Positions 1-13,791 of a stretch of DNA of 64,000 bases are shown in pieces. The stretch lies in contig NC_045696.1 of the NCBI RefSeq assembly GCF_009834535.1, positions 102,736,001-102,800,000 on the forward strand, written 5' to 3'. The DNA is from Camelus ferus (lineage: Eukaryota). The notes beneath the pieces are model-generated. The model saw only the letters and a program-made list of their open reading frames with translations, had not been told where the DNA came from and did not search any database. Numbering within the stretch: the stretch's first letter is position 1; each line of letters opens with the position of its first letter. The position numbers and the translations under genes were made by a program.

Positions 1-1800
1 CTTAGTAAACAGTGATTGAATGAATGAATGATAAAATTTAATAGCTGCTGTTTCTAATTTTTTGTCATTATAGTCATAACTTTTGTTGAATTCATGCATT
101 CGTTCACCTAAAACATATCTGTTGAATACCTACTATGGTCATGCACTGGTGAATGGTGCTGGAAATACGACAATGAATACATTAGACATGGTCTTTTCCA
201 CACCAAACTTACAGTCTAAAAGAGGAATCTGGCAGGTGAGTTGACAATCACAATACAGAAGCATAAATGCTAGAGGAAACAAAAAGAACAATTGGAGCAC
301 TTAGTAGGGCCCCTAGCCTATACTTGAAAGTCTGGAAAGGCTCCCTGGAGGAAGAGACCAAGGAAAATAATTTTTTAAAATAAACAGGACATGCCAAGTG
401 CAGAAGGGAAGACAAATTCTCCATGCAGAGGAAGCAGCAGGTACACCATTGGGCACAGAGGAGACCTTAGCCCATCCCAGGACCTAGAAAAGGTTCAAGA
501 TGATTGGAGGGCAATGTGCACATAGGTGAAAGTCCAGGGAGGAGCTGGAGAGGCAGACAAGAGCCAGGGAATGAAAGATCTGATGAACTCCCTGCGTTTG
601 AGGGCAATGGGAATCATTAAAGAATCTTAGAGTAAAACCCATTGGACATTTCAAGGTCAGTTCTGCAGATCCTGTAGGGTCTGTAAGCCGTGACAAGTCT
701 GCAACTCATCCCTAAGAGTAATAGGTACTATTGAGGGTTTGAATTAGGGGACAATATTTGCATTCCAAAAAGCCCCAACAAAATAATAAAAAAAATACAG
801 ATATATACACATATATGTATAACCGAATCACTTTGCTATACACCTGAAATTGACACAATACTGTAAATCAACCATATTTCAATTAAAAAGAACAGTAAAA
901 TAGAAAAAAATTCTTGATCAATTGTCAACAAACCATTTATTGAATAAACCTCAATTTAAAAAAAAAAAAAAACACACACCAACTGATTGCAATGTGAAGA
1001 ATGGATGGCAGAGAACAGAAGACCACTCAGGACTAGCAGAGGCTAGAAGAGCATAGCGGTGGGGAGGAAGAGAGACAAATGGATTCAAGGAACAGGCAAG
1101 GGCAGAAGCAATAGGTCTTGGTGGCTGAATGTGGGAAATAAAGGAGAGGAAAGAGGCTCAGTCGACATCAAATTTCTGGCTTAGGCAGCGCGTGGATTGT
1201 GGCGCCGTTTATTAAGGTAGAGACCACAGGATGGGGGAAACCAATGAGTTCAGCTGGACACACTGCGATTAAGGTGCGTGAGGAACACCCAAGTGGAGCT
1301 GTCTGTAAGGGAAGAAGGAAATGTGATGCGAAAGCAGATGAGGATCTGGGTATCCTCAGTGGTAAGAGCTGCGGAGGAAGAGGCAGGAGGCCTGTGGTCA
1401 GATCCCCGAGGCATGCTGGTAGTTCAGGATGCGCAGAGAGAGACGAGCCTGCTAAGGAGCTGAGATGAGAGAGAGCCGCTCCAGGTGTTAGACGAAATCC
1501 AAGGAGGTGCTGGGTTCTGGAAGCTGAGCAAAGACAGTGCAGGAGGAAGAGTCAGTGTGTCAGTGTGATACGACTGCGAAGTGGCACCAAGAATGTCCCT
1601 GGTGCTTGATTAGGCAGCTCCAAGCAGAATGATGGGACAGAAGCCAGGCTGCAGTGGTTCCGAAGCATCTGAGTTTCAGACAAAGTACTTACGCAAGACT
1701 TTCAAGAAGCAGGACTGAAAGGGAGAAGAGAGAGATCGGGTCTAGCTGGAGCGGAAAAAGAAAGTAACAGAGACTTGAGCATATTTGATGCTACCAGTGG
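1..1800 (-). mobile_element. L2 fragments (with a short L1 3' end inserted near 800-970)
   Basis: Tail-like tgaatgaatgaatg/attcatgcattc, ttacagtcta, ccaagtggagctgtc, tttctggcttaggca. Further L2 pieces lie at about 6850-7400, 10040-10400, 25040-25540 and 35950-36400. Confidence 0.6.
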
Positions 1801-4244
1801 CTCCGCATTACCACCTATTTAAAAACAAAACCAATCAACCAAACTCCCTAATCCACTTACTCCTCGGGGTTCTCCAAAGTTGGGCTCCAACCAGCTTTAT
1901 TTCCTACTATTCTCCCACCATCACCCTGTGCTTTGGCCAAACAGGTTAGCTCGGCAGATAAACTGCACGGTCTTGTTTATACTGTTTGCTCCCCTGAAAT
2001 GTCCCCATCACGTCTCCTTGGTCCAACCCTAGCCACCTGCACCACCCACCTCTGGTTCTCGGGACCCAACGACATGCCATCCGGAGACTCTCCAGAGCTC
2101 ACTGCTTGTCCCACTCTCAGATCCCTTCTTATCTTCTGTACCTAAGTCACTTGGACTTTCCCTCATGACCCTCTAGACTACAAATTTTCTGAAAGCATGG
2201 GTTGTAGCTTACTTAGCACTTTGTAAGCACTTTTGATACAGTAAGAGTTCAACAAATATGAATGAAAAGTTTCAGTGAACTTCATGGAAGTGTTTCTCTA
2301 TCATACACAGCTGATGCCCTGGCAAGAGGTGACCCTCACTCCAATCCTGTTTGAGCCCCTGCATTTTCATTAAATAGTGACTCCGTGGGCACACACAATG
2401 TGTCAGGCATAGAGTCTGTTTTACCCGTCACACCTATGAGGTTCATCACCCCATTTTATAGATGAGGAAATTAAGGCTCTGAGACGTTAAGTAACCTGCC
2501 CAAGGGTCACACAGCTAGTGAATGGCTGAACCAAAACTCCAAGTTCAGATCTCTTGGCCCTTAGTGGCTTGTGATCTTCTCCAGGACAGCACGGTGACAT
2601 TGTTGTCTTCTCTCTGCTTTCACTGCTGATTTGAAAAATGGAGAAAGGCAATTTTAGAAAATGCTCCAACAGTGCTCTCAGTAACAGTCATGCAAAAGAT
2701 TGTGAAATATGCTACTTGAGAAAGCTCTTTCCGACTGGTAGAAAAGTCATGGATTCTGTCATTTTTCCCTCTTTAAAATTCAGTAATGAGTAAAGAGCAT
2801 AAACAGCAGGAGCCTCTGAGAAATAGTCAAGTTGAATACAGGCACTGAGAAAGCAAGGTACTGGAATACCAGAAGGGAGGGAAGGAACTAGACAGGAGAA
2901 ATACTCACTTTTCTTGGGGCTTTTATCTGGCAACACTTAATATTTAATAAATTCTGAATGTTCAACTCCCTGGCCTGATTCTGAACACCAATTTTTTATA
3001 AAAATTGTATTTGTCAGTGAGTATCCTAGGAACATTCTTTCATGGTGACACAAAATTAGGTGGCCTTCATTTTCCAAACTTGTGAAAATGATTCTTTGCT
3101 CATATGATTGTGTTTTTCTATTAGAGAAACATCAAGGAAAACAACTTATCACTGGCTGGAATGAGAGCCCTGCCCTCATTCCTAGGTAGTGATCCAGGAG
3201 CTGGATTGTCTCTTCTGTTTTCACAGACACGTCTGGGTTGGCCTTTTTCCATTCATCTAATAACATTACTCATTATTTCTTGACAAACATTATTTAACCA
3301 CTCATTTATTTTTCTTTGGGGTACCAGTTCTAATTAGATATTCGTGAGGATGAAATTAAAACATAGCTCAATTTCTGCTAGTGGACTGTGGCATTCTTCA
3401 TATTAGGGGGAAAATATTCTATCTCTAAGGCATTATAAAGACATTGAGATCCAGGAATATGCTGAACAAAGTCAGAAATGGCCGGTCATAGTCCCTTCTT
3501 TGGCCAGATTCCAAGTAATGTCATTGTGCCTTTCCCCCAAGTAGTCTATCAGAATGAGGTTCCTCATCTTTTAACGATGAGCACTCCATCCTTGTCTGAT
3601 GTGAAAGATTTCTCTTTTGGCCTCTCTTTCTTCTCTCCAACCACCTGTCTTCCATCAAAAAGCGTTTCCTGAAACACTTTTAAAAACAAAAGTGAGATTA
3701 AAATAGCTGTGTTTTGAGATTCCTTCCCCCTCGACAGAATTCTGGGTCAGGCCCAGAGAATCAGTTTCGGTCAAGATCATTTTATAACCCTTAGCACATC
3801 CTTCTAGATTCACTAGCACCTAAAATTTTTATCACTGATTTATTATTTACGTCTTTTTACATAAATGAAAAATTGAGAAGTTGGTTCAAATAATCATCTT
3901 AAAGAGAGGGTTTTAGAGAGGAATACAGCTTTTGGAGGCAATGTCCCATTTTTAGCTGTGCAGCAGCCATGCCAGATCCTGAGTTCCCAGCCCCAGGGCA
4001 GTGGGTTGAGTATATCCCATCACGGAACTGGGTGAGGCCAAGGCAGGGATGGAAACCCAAGGGTGACCTGGAGTGGAAGCCACATGTCCTATCTCAGCTG
4101 TGTTATATCGTGTAGAGTATGCCCACACCATGCTGGCATCAGGTAGGTCTGGGCTCAACTCCCAGAGAACCACTCTGTGACCTCGGGGAAGTCCTTCACC
4201 AACACAAACCCCTATTTTCTCATTCATAAAATGGAAAACTGCTA

Positions 4245-4500
4245 TGTCCATCAGGGGCCAGTCAAGAGACAAGAAATCATACCAGTTATCTGGGCAATGA
4301 GAATTTAATATTTAAAAAAAAAAAAAAACCCCGTTGACTAGGGATAAAGTTGTTAACTGGGAGGCTGAAAAGGTAAAAAGAAGACACTAAGAAATCACCA
4401 GCAGGGCAGTCAACACTACTGCTACCATCCCCTCTCCAGTTATGGATTTACATGAAGAGGGCAGCCCCCAAGGGAGAAAGAGTTGGAACTCTGGGACTGG
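4245..4500. mobile_element. Old ERVL-class LTR fragment (LTR33/LTR41-like)
   Basis: cagtcaagagacaagaaatcataccagttat...gagaatttaatat resembles recalled ERVL LTR termini. Confidence 0.45.
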
Positions 4501-5465
4501 CCCAAGAGCAATCATCACCTACCCCTGTAGGAAAAGCCTGGTTCTCAGTAGTCTACCCTGTGCACTGATGGTCAGCCCAGCCTCCAGAGACTCACAGCAT
4601 GAGAGGACTGCACGAAAGAGTATGGAATAACACACAGGGAGGTTTGACTAACCTCTGTGGCCAAAAAAGCACAGCCTGTCTCAGAATACCATGCCTGCCC
4701 AGCCAGCATCTCTGGGAAAGGGGGTACACATCAGGCCATCAACTCAAGCTCAAGTCCATTTTTCCATCTGGGCGCTTCTCAGCTACCTGCTCCCCTACAT
4801 CCCTGTACTTAGGCTACAAACTGGGACTTGAACAGGGCACTGCATCCAGGAATTTCCTTTGGCTCCGTGGATCCAGTCCCTTGGCTTTACAACCACAAAT
4901 GGTTGTGTCTTGGCCCTAACCCCTGGCTTACCGGTTGGCTAGGCACATACCACCTGATCACCCATCCATCAGGTGAGAGGGACTGGATGGCAGAAATGGG
5001 AGTGAAGGGTATTGTCCTCATGTGGGGTCCTTTGGGGGAAGTGAGAAGAGACACCATCTTCTACAGGGTTTGCTGAACAAAGTCAGCAAACAGTCACACC
5101 ATCCCTGCCGCCTTGGTGGGCATTGGGGCCTGGGGCAGCAGCACTGTGTTTGGGGTACCTTGGCCTTGGCAGCCATAGAAACATCACAGGAGGCCATAGC
5201 AAAGGGGGAAGGGGTTGCAGGTCCCGAGCGTTACCGAAAGAATTGTTTCACAAGTGCACATGGGACTCTTTGCTAAAGTCTCCCAGAATAATTTGGGAGG
5301 AAGCTAATGGGCTGGAGCTCCCACACAGCAGGTGGGGATAAAGCCAGAGGAATCCTAGATTGCATGCTCTCATGACTCACTTTGTTTCTCCCATCTGCCT
5401 CCGGCCACTATCACCACTCCTGTGTAGCCTGAGGTCTAAGGAGTTACACATGGGTGATTAACATC

Positions 5466-5983
5466 TGTTATTTTGTCACTTAGCTCTGTTCTCCCTACTG
5501 GTAACCAGGGCACAATTTCCCTTGGGGGATCACCAACTCTTCCTCATAAAATGATGGTGGAGTGGATTGTACCCTTGGCTCCAGGTATGGTCAGGTGACT
5601 ACCTTATCAATCAGAAAAAAATATGACTTTTTTTCTGGTCACAATGATTGGTTTGGCATTGGGCATGTGATCAAAAGAGTCAATAAAACTCAATGAGGTT
5701 TTTGCTGAGAATCTTAGGAAAAGGATAATTACTCCTTTCCAACAGACATGAATGAGGTCTGCTGCTCCTGGAAGCATCTTGTGACCACAAGGGCCAGTAA
5801 TATATGGAAACGGAGCCAACACCAAGGAGAACAGAGGTGAGAGAGAGGGGTTGGGTTTCAGGGTTGCCATTGGAGTCCAGATCTATTGGGATTTTTCGGT
5901 TATGAGAGCCAATGTATCTTGTTTTCACTTAAGGCTATTTAGGTTGTTTTTCTCTGTCACTTGCAACCAAAAAAATCAGGACA
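5466..5983 (+). mobile_element. MaLR (MLT1-like) LTR
   Basis: ggtcaggtgacc, catgtgatcaaa, gcatcttgtgaccac and the 3' end ttctctgtcacttgcaaccaaaa are typical of MLT1. Confidence 0.65.
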
Positions 5984-8429
5984 TAAGCAGTCTCCAACAG
6001 GTGCAGTACAGGGTAAGGAACAGAAAAGGTAGGCAAACTCACTTCAGTTTATGTCTCTCCCTTCATTTAATCTGCATTACAACTATGAGATGTAAATAGG
6101 GGTGGCGATTTTATTGAGCCATTGAAAAGGTGATAAAATTATACCTCTGTTATGCTGAATGACTTACCCAAGGTTTCCTAGCTAGTAGATGATAGAACTT
6201 GGGATTAGTGACCTTCTGATTTGGGAAAGAGGAAAAGTGAACAAGACGAGTAAGCCACAGCATGATAGGTAATCAGACCTACTTACTGATAGTGTTGTCT
6301 TGAAAATACTTTTGGGGAAGTATCTGATGCTTCAAACATTTTCTGTTTACATCCACTAATGTCATCTTATTCTGTCATTGGTCATATTTGCAACCCCATG
6401 CAGCTTCTCACATTAACAGAGCCAAAAAGTACCTGGAAGAAACAAATTCCATTGATCAATAAGAATTTATAAAACGCTTAGAAACTGTTCCATCACCTTC
6501 TACCTCATTCCCTCAGCTTTTGTGCCCCTGGCTTTCCAGAGTTGCTCACTCAGATCCCCACCTGACAGAGAATAGAGTTGGGCAAGAGTTGCCACAAAAA
6601 TCAGTGCTAGGCGTGGGTGGCATTTAAACAGCCCTGGATTTCCTATTCCCAAGCATGCATCACTCCCCCAGCCTGGGAGTCCGGGTTGTGAGTGATGCCC
6701 GAGGACATTCAGACAGACAGAAGACTGACTGAATGACTGACTAACCGACAGATTAGTTCTTTCCCTTGTCGATCCCAAATTCTCCACAACCTTGCTCTGT
6801 CTACCTGCTGGGATGTGAATATCACTTATTGGAAATATTGGGTGCAGACTCTTACCTCATTCATTCATTCATTCATTCATTTGTAACCAGTGCTAGTCAC
6901 GCACCTACTGTGTGTCAGACACTGGGCTAGACTCTAAGGATACAAAGCCCACAAACAGACAGTCCCTGCCCTCAACAGCTTTGCAGCCTCCTAAAGAGAG
7001 AGCCACAATCAGAAGAGTGAGGATTCTCAAGCACTTTAGGTGCTGTGATACAGATGTGTACAGAGTACAGCGGGGGGGAAATAGAGGGAGGGTCAGTTCC
7101 ACCTAAGGCAGGAGAGCCAGGAAAAACTCATTGATGATTGGTGCTCGAAGTGAGTCTTGAAAGAGAAGGACGTATGTGCCAGTCGGTGGGGGTGGCATGG
7201 GGTGGAGAACAACTTGCCACTGCAGTTGTGTGTGACAGAAAGTCTGAGCCCAGAGGGTTTAAGCAAGAAGGGAATGTACTAGGGAACTGAGTGAGAAAAC
7301 AAAAGTCCAAGGATGGATCTGTCAGGCACGGCTGGATGCTGGACTCAAGCCCTGTCTTCAGGACTCGAGCTCTCTGTGGAAGGTGATGGAACAGTTTCTC
7401 TGGAAATCTCATCTGACTTCTCTGCGGTGGCTCCAGTAGCATCGGGATGGTGACAGCAGATCCGACCCTACATCCTCTTAGGTTTCAGCTTCCGAGCCAA
7501 AAGTACTCCACGTCCCACTCTTCTCAGAAATGTCTCATTCTCCAAAAATGTTTCATGGCAACCCATGGCCTCTAGGGAGGGACCAGTCATATCCCCATCC
7601 CTGAAGTCACTGTGATGGCCAGGGCAGTGTGAAGCTCTGATTTACTGTGGCCTGAGTCACTGCTCTCTCCAGAGAGCCGGGGTGGAGCTGTCCTCACCAG
7701 GACAACTTGGACCAAGGGTAGGGAAGGACCATCAGGGCACTATTATCACAAGAAAGGGGAGTTGACCACAAACATCTGTTTCAGCATCAGTCCTGCTGAC
7801 CTTCACTGTTCGGTGTCATTCTGACCAGGAACCTGGAACCAAGCAATTCAACACCACAGAGCCCCAGGTGACCAGCACCAAGTCTGATTCTCAAAAGGAC
7901 CAATTTCTGGTCATGTCTCCTGTAAGCATCGTCTACTCTGGAGTCCACACTTGGGGTAAGGTTTTCTCTTCATTCCACCAGAGAGCCCCCACCTCTGAGG
8001 CGAGCCAGCGAGCAGCTGCAGTCTGGAGTGGTCCCTGGAGTCTCAGGGGAGCCTGGCCAACTCCCAGGACCTGCCAGGGCCAGGCCACAGGCAGTGCCAC
8101 CTCAGTTCTCTATTTCCTATTATACCTTACTAGAATCTATGAGCAAACAGTAGAACCAGCTTGAGGCTTCACCTCCCAGGAGCTGAGCTTCAGGTTTGTG
8201 CAGTGGCCTCACGCCTATATCTTGGAACCTATTTCTACCAGCTCATTGCATGGTATCCTCAAATCTAAGACATGGTTTCGTTCTTGGTACAGTTTATTCC
8301 TTGTTTGGAGCTTTCTGACTTCTATACTGTTCCCTATAACCTGATAGCCCTTCTTATACAGATGAGGGGAAAATTATTCACACACACACATATATCTACA
8401 CTTTATGGGTAGATATGTATTTGTAAGTT

Positions 8430-9000
8430 GTTTTTATTGACATAAATTGCATACAATAAAACGCACCCATTTAAAGTGTACAATTCAGTGGGTTTTGACA
8501 AAAGCATACACCCGTTAAACCACGATCACAACTGAGATATAGAACATCGCCACCACCCCAGAAAGTCCCCTTGTGCCCCTTTGCAATCTATACTCACCCA
8601 CCACCCATCCCTGTTCTGGCCCCAGACAACCACTGAGGTGCTTTCTGCCACTCCACATTAGTTTTGCTTGATACAAGGTTTCATACAAATGGAATCTAAT
8701 ATGTACTCTTTTACGTCTGGCTTCTCCTGCTCAGCGTAATGTTCTTGAGATTCATTCATGTTCTGGCAAATATCCGGGGTCCATTCCTTTCTATGACCGA
8801 GGAGTTTTCCATTGAATGCATAAACCGCAGTTTGCTTATCCAGCACACCTGGGCCCCTTCAGCTTTCAGCTATTAAGAATAAAGCTACAATATACTTTCC
8901 AGTATAAGTCTTTGTGTGGACATACATTATTATTTTGCTTGAGAAAATACCTAAGAGTGGGGTTTCTGGGGCAAAGGTGTATTTTAACTTTGTAAGAAAC
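8430..9000 (-). mobile_element. Old L1M 3' fragment
   Basis: ttaaagtgtacaattcagtgggttttgaca...ttgagattcattcatg...aatacctaagagtgg, the reverse of an L1M 3' end. Confidence 0.8.
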
Positions 9001-10697
9001 TAGGCAAAGCAACAAGGATATATTGTACAGCACAGAGAATTATAGGCATTATTTTGTAATAACTTTTAATGGAGTATGATCTATAAAAATACTGAGTCAC
9101 TATGCTATACACCTAAAACTAATACAATATTATATATCAACTATACTTCAAGGAAAGATAAATTAATTTTAAAACTAAGCAGATGGATGTTTAACAGAGA
9201 ATAGAAGCACTCATACATGTCAACACTCCAGGCCTTGGTTTCCTGTAGCAAGATGGGAATAACATCTGCTCTAATTCTTGCCACCACTGCAATGATCAGA
9301 ATGGATAATGCCTGTATTAAACATCAAAAAGTGCTACACTGCCGCATGGACAAAGGGCTATATGGGTTCTTAGGGAAGGGAGAGAAGTAAGAGTTAAAGG
9401 AGGACTGAGTGGAGAAGGACCTCACCCTTGGATGTTCAGTGTAATCTGCCCAAAAGGTAGATGGATGTACAGATGTGTATATAGATGGATGGATGGATAG
9501 ATGGATGACACGGCCTCAAGGAATAAATAATAATATAAAGACTATAGGGAGAACATTAGATTTATTTTAATTACATATTTTAAAAACTCACATTGGCATA
9601 AAGAAGTTTCCTAACAACTTTGTAATATATATTGTCTTGTTCAGGTGCTCGACTGAGGCAAGTGACAATCGGCCAGTGTGGTCCTGCAAGAAAGATGATG
9701 CTCCTGTGAAAGAAAAAGCATCATCTCGGCTCTTACTTCAAATTATGTTATATCGAGCTCTAGACTTTCCTAATATTATTTCTATTTTCTACTAAAAGTC
9801 AAAAATAAGCAATGCAAGGAATATAAAATAAAAGGGGAGAAGAGCACAAGTTTATCAAAGAATGTTTACTCTTGTGTGGTAGTCAAAGTCTAAGATCATA
9901 TTAAAGTTTCTCTTCCCTAAAAGCTGCTAGTTGCCCAAGTCCCTTCCTTACTGAGGCAGCCTGATGCGCAGCTCTGGGTCAGGGAGGAGGTGCACCGCCC
10001 CTCGGTGAGTACTGGAAACCATCAAAGCCTTCAGAGACCAGAAGCCATGCTCCTCCTCACCTTGGAGTCTCTGCTTACTGTTCCCTTCACCTGAAGCTCT
10101 CTTTCCCCCTTTTCATGGCTGGTTCTTTCTTATTATTCAGTTCTCAGCTTAAGTACTACGAGTGAGGATTCTGCTCACGCAGGCCTCCCTACACTAACAT
10201 ACTGTTTAGTTCTCTTTAGAGCTTTTACTACGGTCAATATTTTTCATGAATTTATTTGTTTGCCTTCTCATTGTCCTCCCTCCTCACTGGAACATATGCT
10301 CTATAAGAGCAAGGACTTTGTCTTATTTACCACCATATCCCTAGGGCCTAGTTCCTGGTAAACAGCAGCTCACTAACTGTTTGATGAATGAATGAATGAG
10401 ATCACTCCTTGAAGAAGAGGAAGAGAAGGGAAGTGATGACCACTGAACTGCCTGAGTAACTACCCAGAATAAACTGAGAAGAATCTGGTAATGGCTTAGG
10501 TTTAGACTCAATAGGTAAAATGAGGCTTTCTGAAATTGAGGGCTTGAGAGATGGTGTCCTGTCAGCTGTAGAAGAGAAGAGAAAGTTCCATTTTTGTGAC
10601 ATCTAGATCTACCACTATAAGGTTCTGCACAATTGATCAAATAAATGAATGATTTTACTTGTGTAAAGATTGCTCCATTCAAAATTAGTATGGGGTT

Positions 10698-10798
10698 GGG
10701 GAGGGTATAGCTTAGTGATAGAGTGCCTGCTTAGCGTGCATGAGGTCCTGGGTTCAATCCCTAGAACCTCCATTAATTAATTAATTAATAAACCTAAT
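10698..10798 (+). mobile_element. tRNA-derived SINE (camelid Vic-1-like)
   Basis: ggggagggtatagcttagtgatagag (A box) ... gggttcaatccc (B box), with an AT-rich tail. Confidence 0.85.
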
Positions 10799-11439
10799 GT
10801 GACATTTGACCAAAGTAAATATAAAAATATTTCTGACTTCTTTAAAATGCTGGTAAGATTTTTACACATTGTAAAAAGTTTTAGAAATATGTCTTCAGAA
10901 AGAAGTCATTGATTTTTAAAAAATTCTCCCCTCTGAAAAGATAAAGCTGTTTTTCCTGACTTTAATATACTTTTTTTGTAAGCTCTTTTTTATGTTTACT
11001 TGGGTAAATAAATCATATAATTTTTTAATGTTTACTTGGGAATTAAGATAATATGATTTTGTTTAATTTGAAAAGCTTGAATTTATCCTAGAAGGAAAGC
11101 TCACTTCCAAGAGGAAAGGTACAAATCTCCAGTTGGTTACTATGAAATTCTAACTGATCTAAAGTCAAGCTTTTCCTTTGGGCTTAAACACCAGACGCAG
11201 GAGGAGCAGGCGAAACCTGTTGAGAATATTTACTAGACAGCAGAAGAATAAACAAAGGAAAGGAAAGAAAGACAAGGGAGGAAGGAAAGCAAGGAGAGGA
11301 GTTCTCACAGCAAAGAGAGAGGTTATAAGCATTTGGTAAAGGCAAATGCACCATTTAACCATTTGCAAGTGAGAAGCTGTTTGACTGTCTGAATACCAGG
11401 ACAATTTATTTAAAATCTAATCAGCCATCTAGATCAGCA

Positions 11440-11990
11440 CTGTCATAGCAGCACTATTTACATGGAAACAACCTAAATGTCCATAGACAGATGAATGAAT
11501 AAGGAAGATATGGTATGTGTATATATCCATAAAAAAGAATGAAACAATGCCATTTGCAGCAACTTGGATGGACCTAAAAATGATCATATTAAGTGAAGTG
11601 AGTCAGACAAAGACAAATATCACATGGTATCATTTATATGTAGAATCTAAAAAAAGATACAAATTTTATTTACAAACCAGAATTAGACTCACGGACATAG
11701 AAAACAAACTATGTTTACCAAAGGGGCAAGGTGGGGGAGGGATAAATTAGGAGTTTGGGATTAACAGATACACACTACTATATATAAAATAGATTAAAAA
11801 AACAAGGACCTACTGTGTAGCACAGGGAACTACATTGAATTTCTTGTAACAAGCTATAAAGGAAAAGAATCTGAAAAAAATATACATGTATATGTATAAC
11901 TGAACCTCTCTGCTGTGCACCTGAAACTAACATTGTAAATCAACTACGCTTCAATAAAAAATAAAATTAAAAACAACAACAACAACAACA
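11440..11990 (+). mobile_element. 5'-truncated L1 3' end (artiodactyl-type)
   Basis: gcagcactattta...caacctaaatgtccat...atgccatttgcagcaacttggatggacct...cacctgaaactaac...caataaaaaat with an (AAC)n tail. Shorter related 3' ends lie at about 800-895 and 9008-9170. Confidence 0.85.
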
Positions 11991-13657
11991 ACGAACTATC
12001 ACGAGCTGGCAGCCTCCAGCTGCTGCACCTGAGGGATCTACAGTAGGATGTGTGCCAAGGCCACCAGGCTATTCCCAGCCCACGGCGGGAGGACTAGAGC
12101 CGGGCTGTTCCTAGGCAACACAGGTCTCCTCTCACAGGCTCCTGGCTCCAGCTCCTCGTTGCCCCGCCTGAGCTATTTTACTCAGGGCTGTACTGTCATG
12201 TAACGTTCTTCCAACCCAATTCCCCTTTCCTCTCTAAGTCCTTTCCCAGGTGCCAGACCTGCACTGCAGCCTGAGGCTCCCCACCTACTCAGGCCTCCTC
12301 TTCCCTTTACCCTCCCCATTCGTTTCTCCCAATACATCTCTTGCACATCGAAGTCTGTATTGCTGTCTGCCTCCCAGAGGACTTGAACCAACACAAGGCA
12401 AAATGAATGTGATTAACCACTTAAAGAAATAACCTTGAAGGGCATTCTCCACTGTGAGGACACAACCTGGATCTGTTCTCTTCAACACCGTATCTCCAGG
12501 GCCTGGTACAGCAGTTGGTACAAAGCATGAAACAGGCTGTCAAAAACTAATGAAAGGAAGGGAGGCAGGAAGGGAAGATTTGGGGTGAGCTGGGATTAAA
12601 AAGCAAATCAAGCTTTCATGAATGTTAAAAAAAAACAAACTGTAGCATTAGAAGGAAAAACATGTAGACAGAAGAGGGTGGTCAGTTTGGAATATAGAGA
12701 AGGGAACTTCAAAAAGTAAAAATCGGTTAGTGTCTGGAGAGGCACTGTCTGGGGAGGCTGTGTACACACACAGATGCATGCACACGTTAATACCTACATC
12801 CACATCTACATGCACGTAAATGATAACCTGCGGGAAATAATAGGTATATCACACATACATTCATATACCCTTTCCTTTCCTCAGAATTCTCAGTATATGC
12901 CAATAATACCTAAACATACCACAAAGGTAAAAGAAAATGAAACAAACAACAAAATCTCCTCTAGAACAGCCAATGGAAACATTCCCAATTGAGAAAACAG
13001 ATCATCGCCAGCTCCAGGCCCAGACACAGCACTTTTGTTGCTACAACTTCCCATTTGGGCAATTAGTTCTACACAGCAGGCCAGGCTACTCCTGTCACAG
13101 GCGTCTGGCAAACATCCCTCAGTTAAGAAGTGGCAATTGCAGAATCCCCGAGAAAAGGCTCTGGACTGTATCAGGAGCAGCAGTCCTATTAAATTCCATC
13201 AAAGAAGTCTCCTGCTAATTTTTAAAATGAATCACCATTTAATATCTACAATAAATATGTGGTGATGTTCCAGCATTTTGGCTTTATTTAAAATGTACTG
13301 AAAGTGGTATTTTTCCACACATATCTTCTTTTGCAATTATCTTAGTGGAAAAATGTGTATTCGGAGTTCGACTTGTTTCTTAGGAAAAATGAAGTTTTTG
13401 TTGGGATTATTTCAAAAGCATTTACATGATTGTAAAATGTTTTTAGAACTCTGAGGGTGAAGGACTCAGGACACATACTTTAAACTAGGTTTATTAATAG
13501 CGTGGATGTATAACTGTGTTCATACCCATAAGTTTATATATTATATATACATATATTAATTACATATAAATTCTTTACATATGATTTTTATATTTATATA
13601 TTCTTTATATTAAAAGTTTTTGGATAAATTCTTAAATTTTAATTTAACTTCCATTCC

Positions 13658-13791
13658 CTTTTTTTTTTTTAAAGGGGAAGAAGTAATTAAGTTAATTTAT
13701 TTACTTATTTTTTAAGTGGCGGTACCGGGGTCTGAACCCAGGACCTTGTGCATATTAGGGAGGCACTCTACCACAGAGCAATCCCCTCCCC
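13658..13791 (-). mobile_element. tRNA-derived SINE (Vic-1-like)
   Basis: Reverse complement of the same SINE motif (tgaacccaggacc ... ctctaccac ... ccctcccc), with a poly-T on the left. Confidence 0.85.

Noticed and set aside
10698..10775. tRNA gene candidates (A and B boxes present here and in eight similar copies)
   Set aside because: The copies are mutually diverged, have AT-rich tails and often TSDs, so they are SINEs rather than functional tRNAs.
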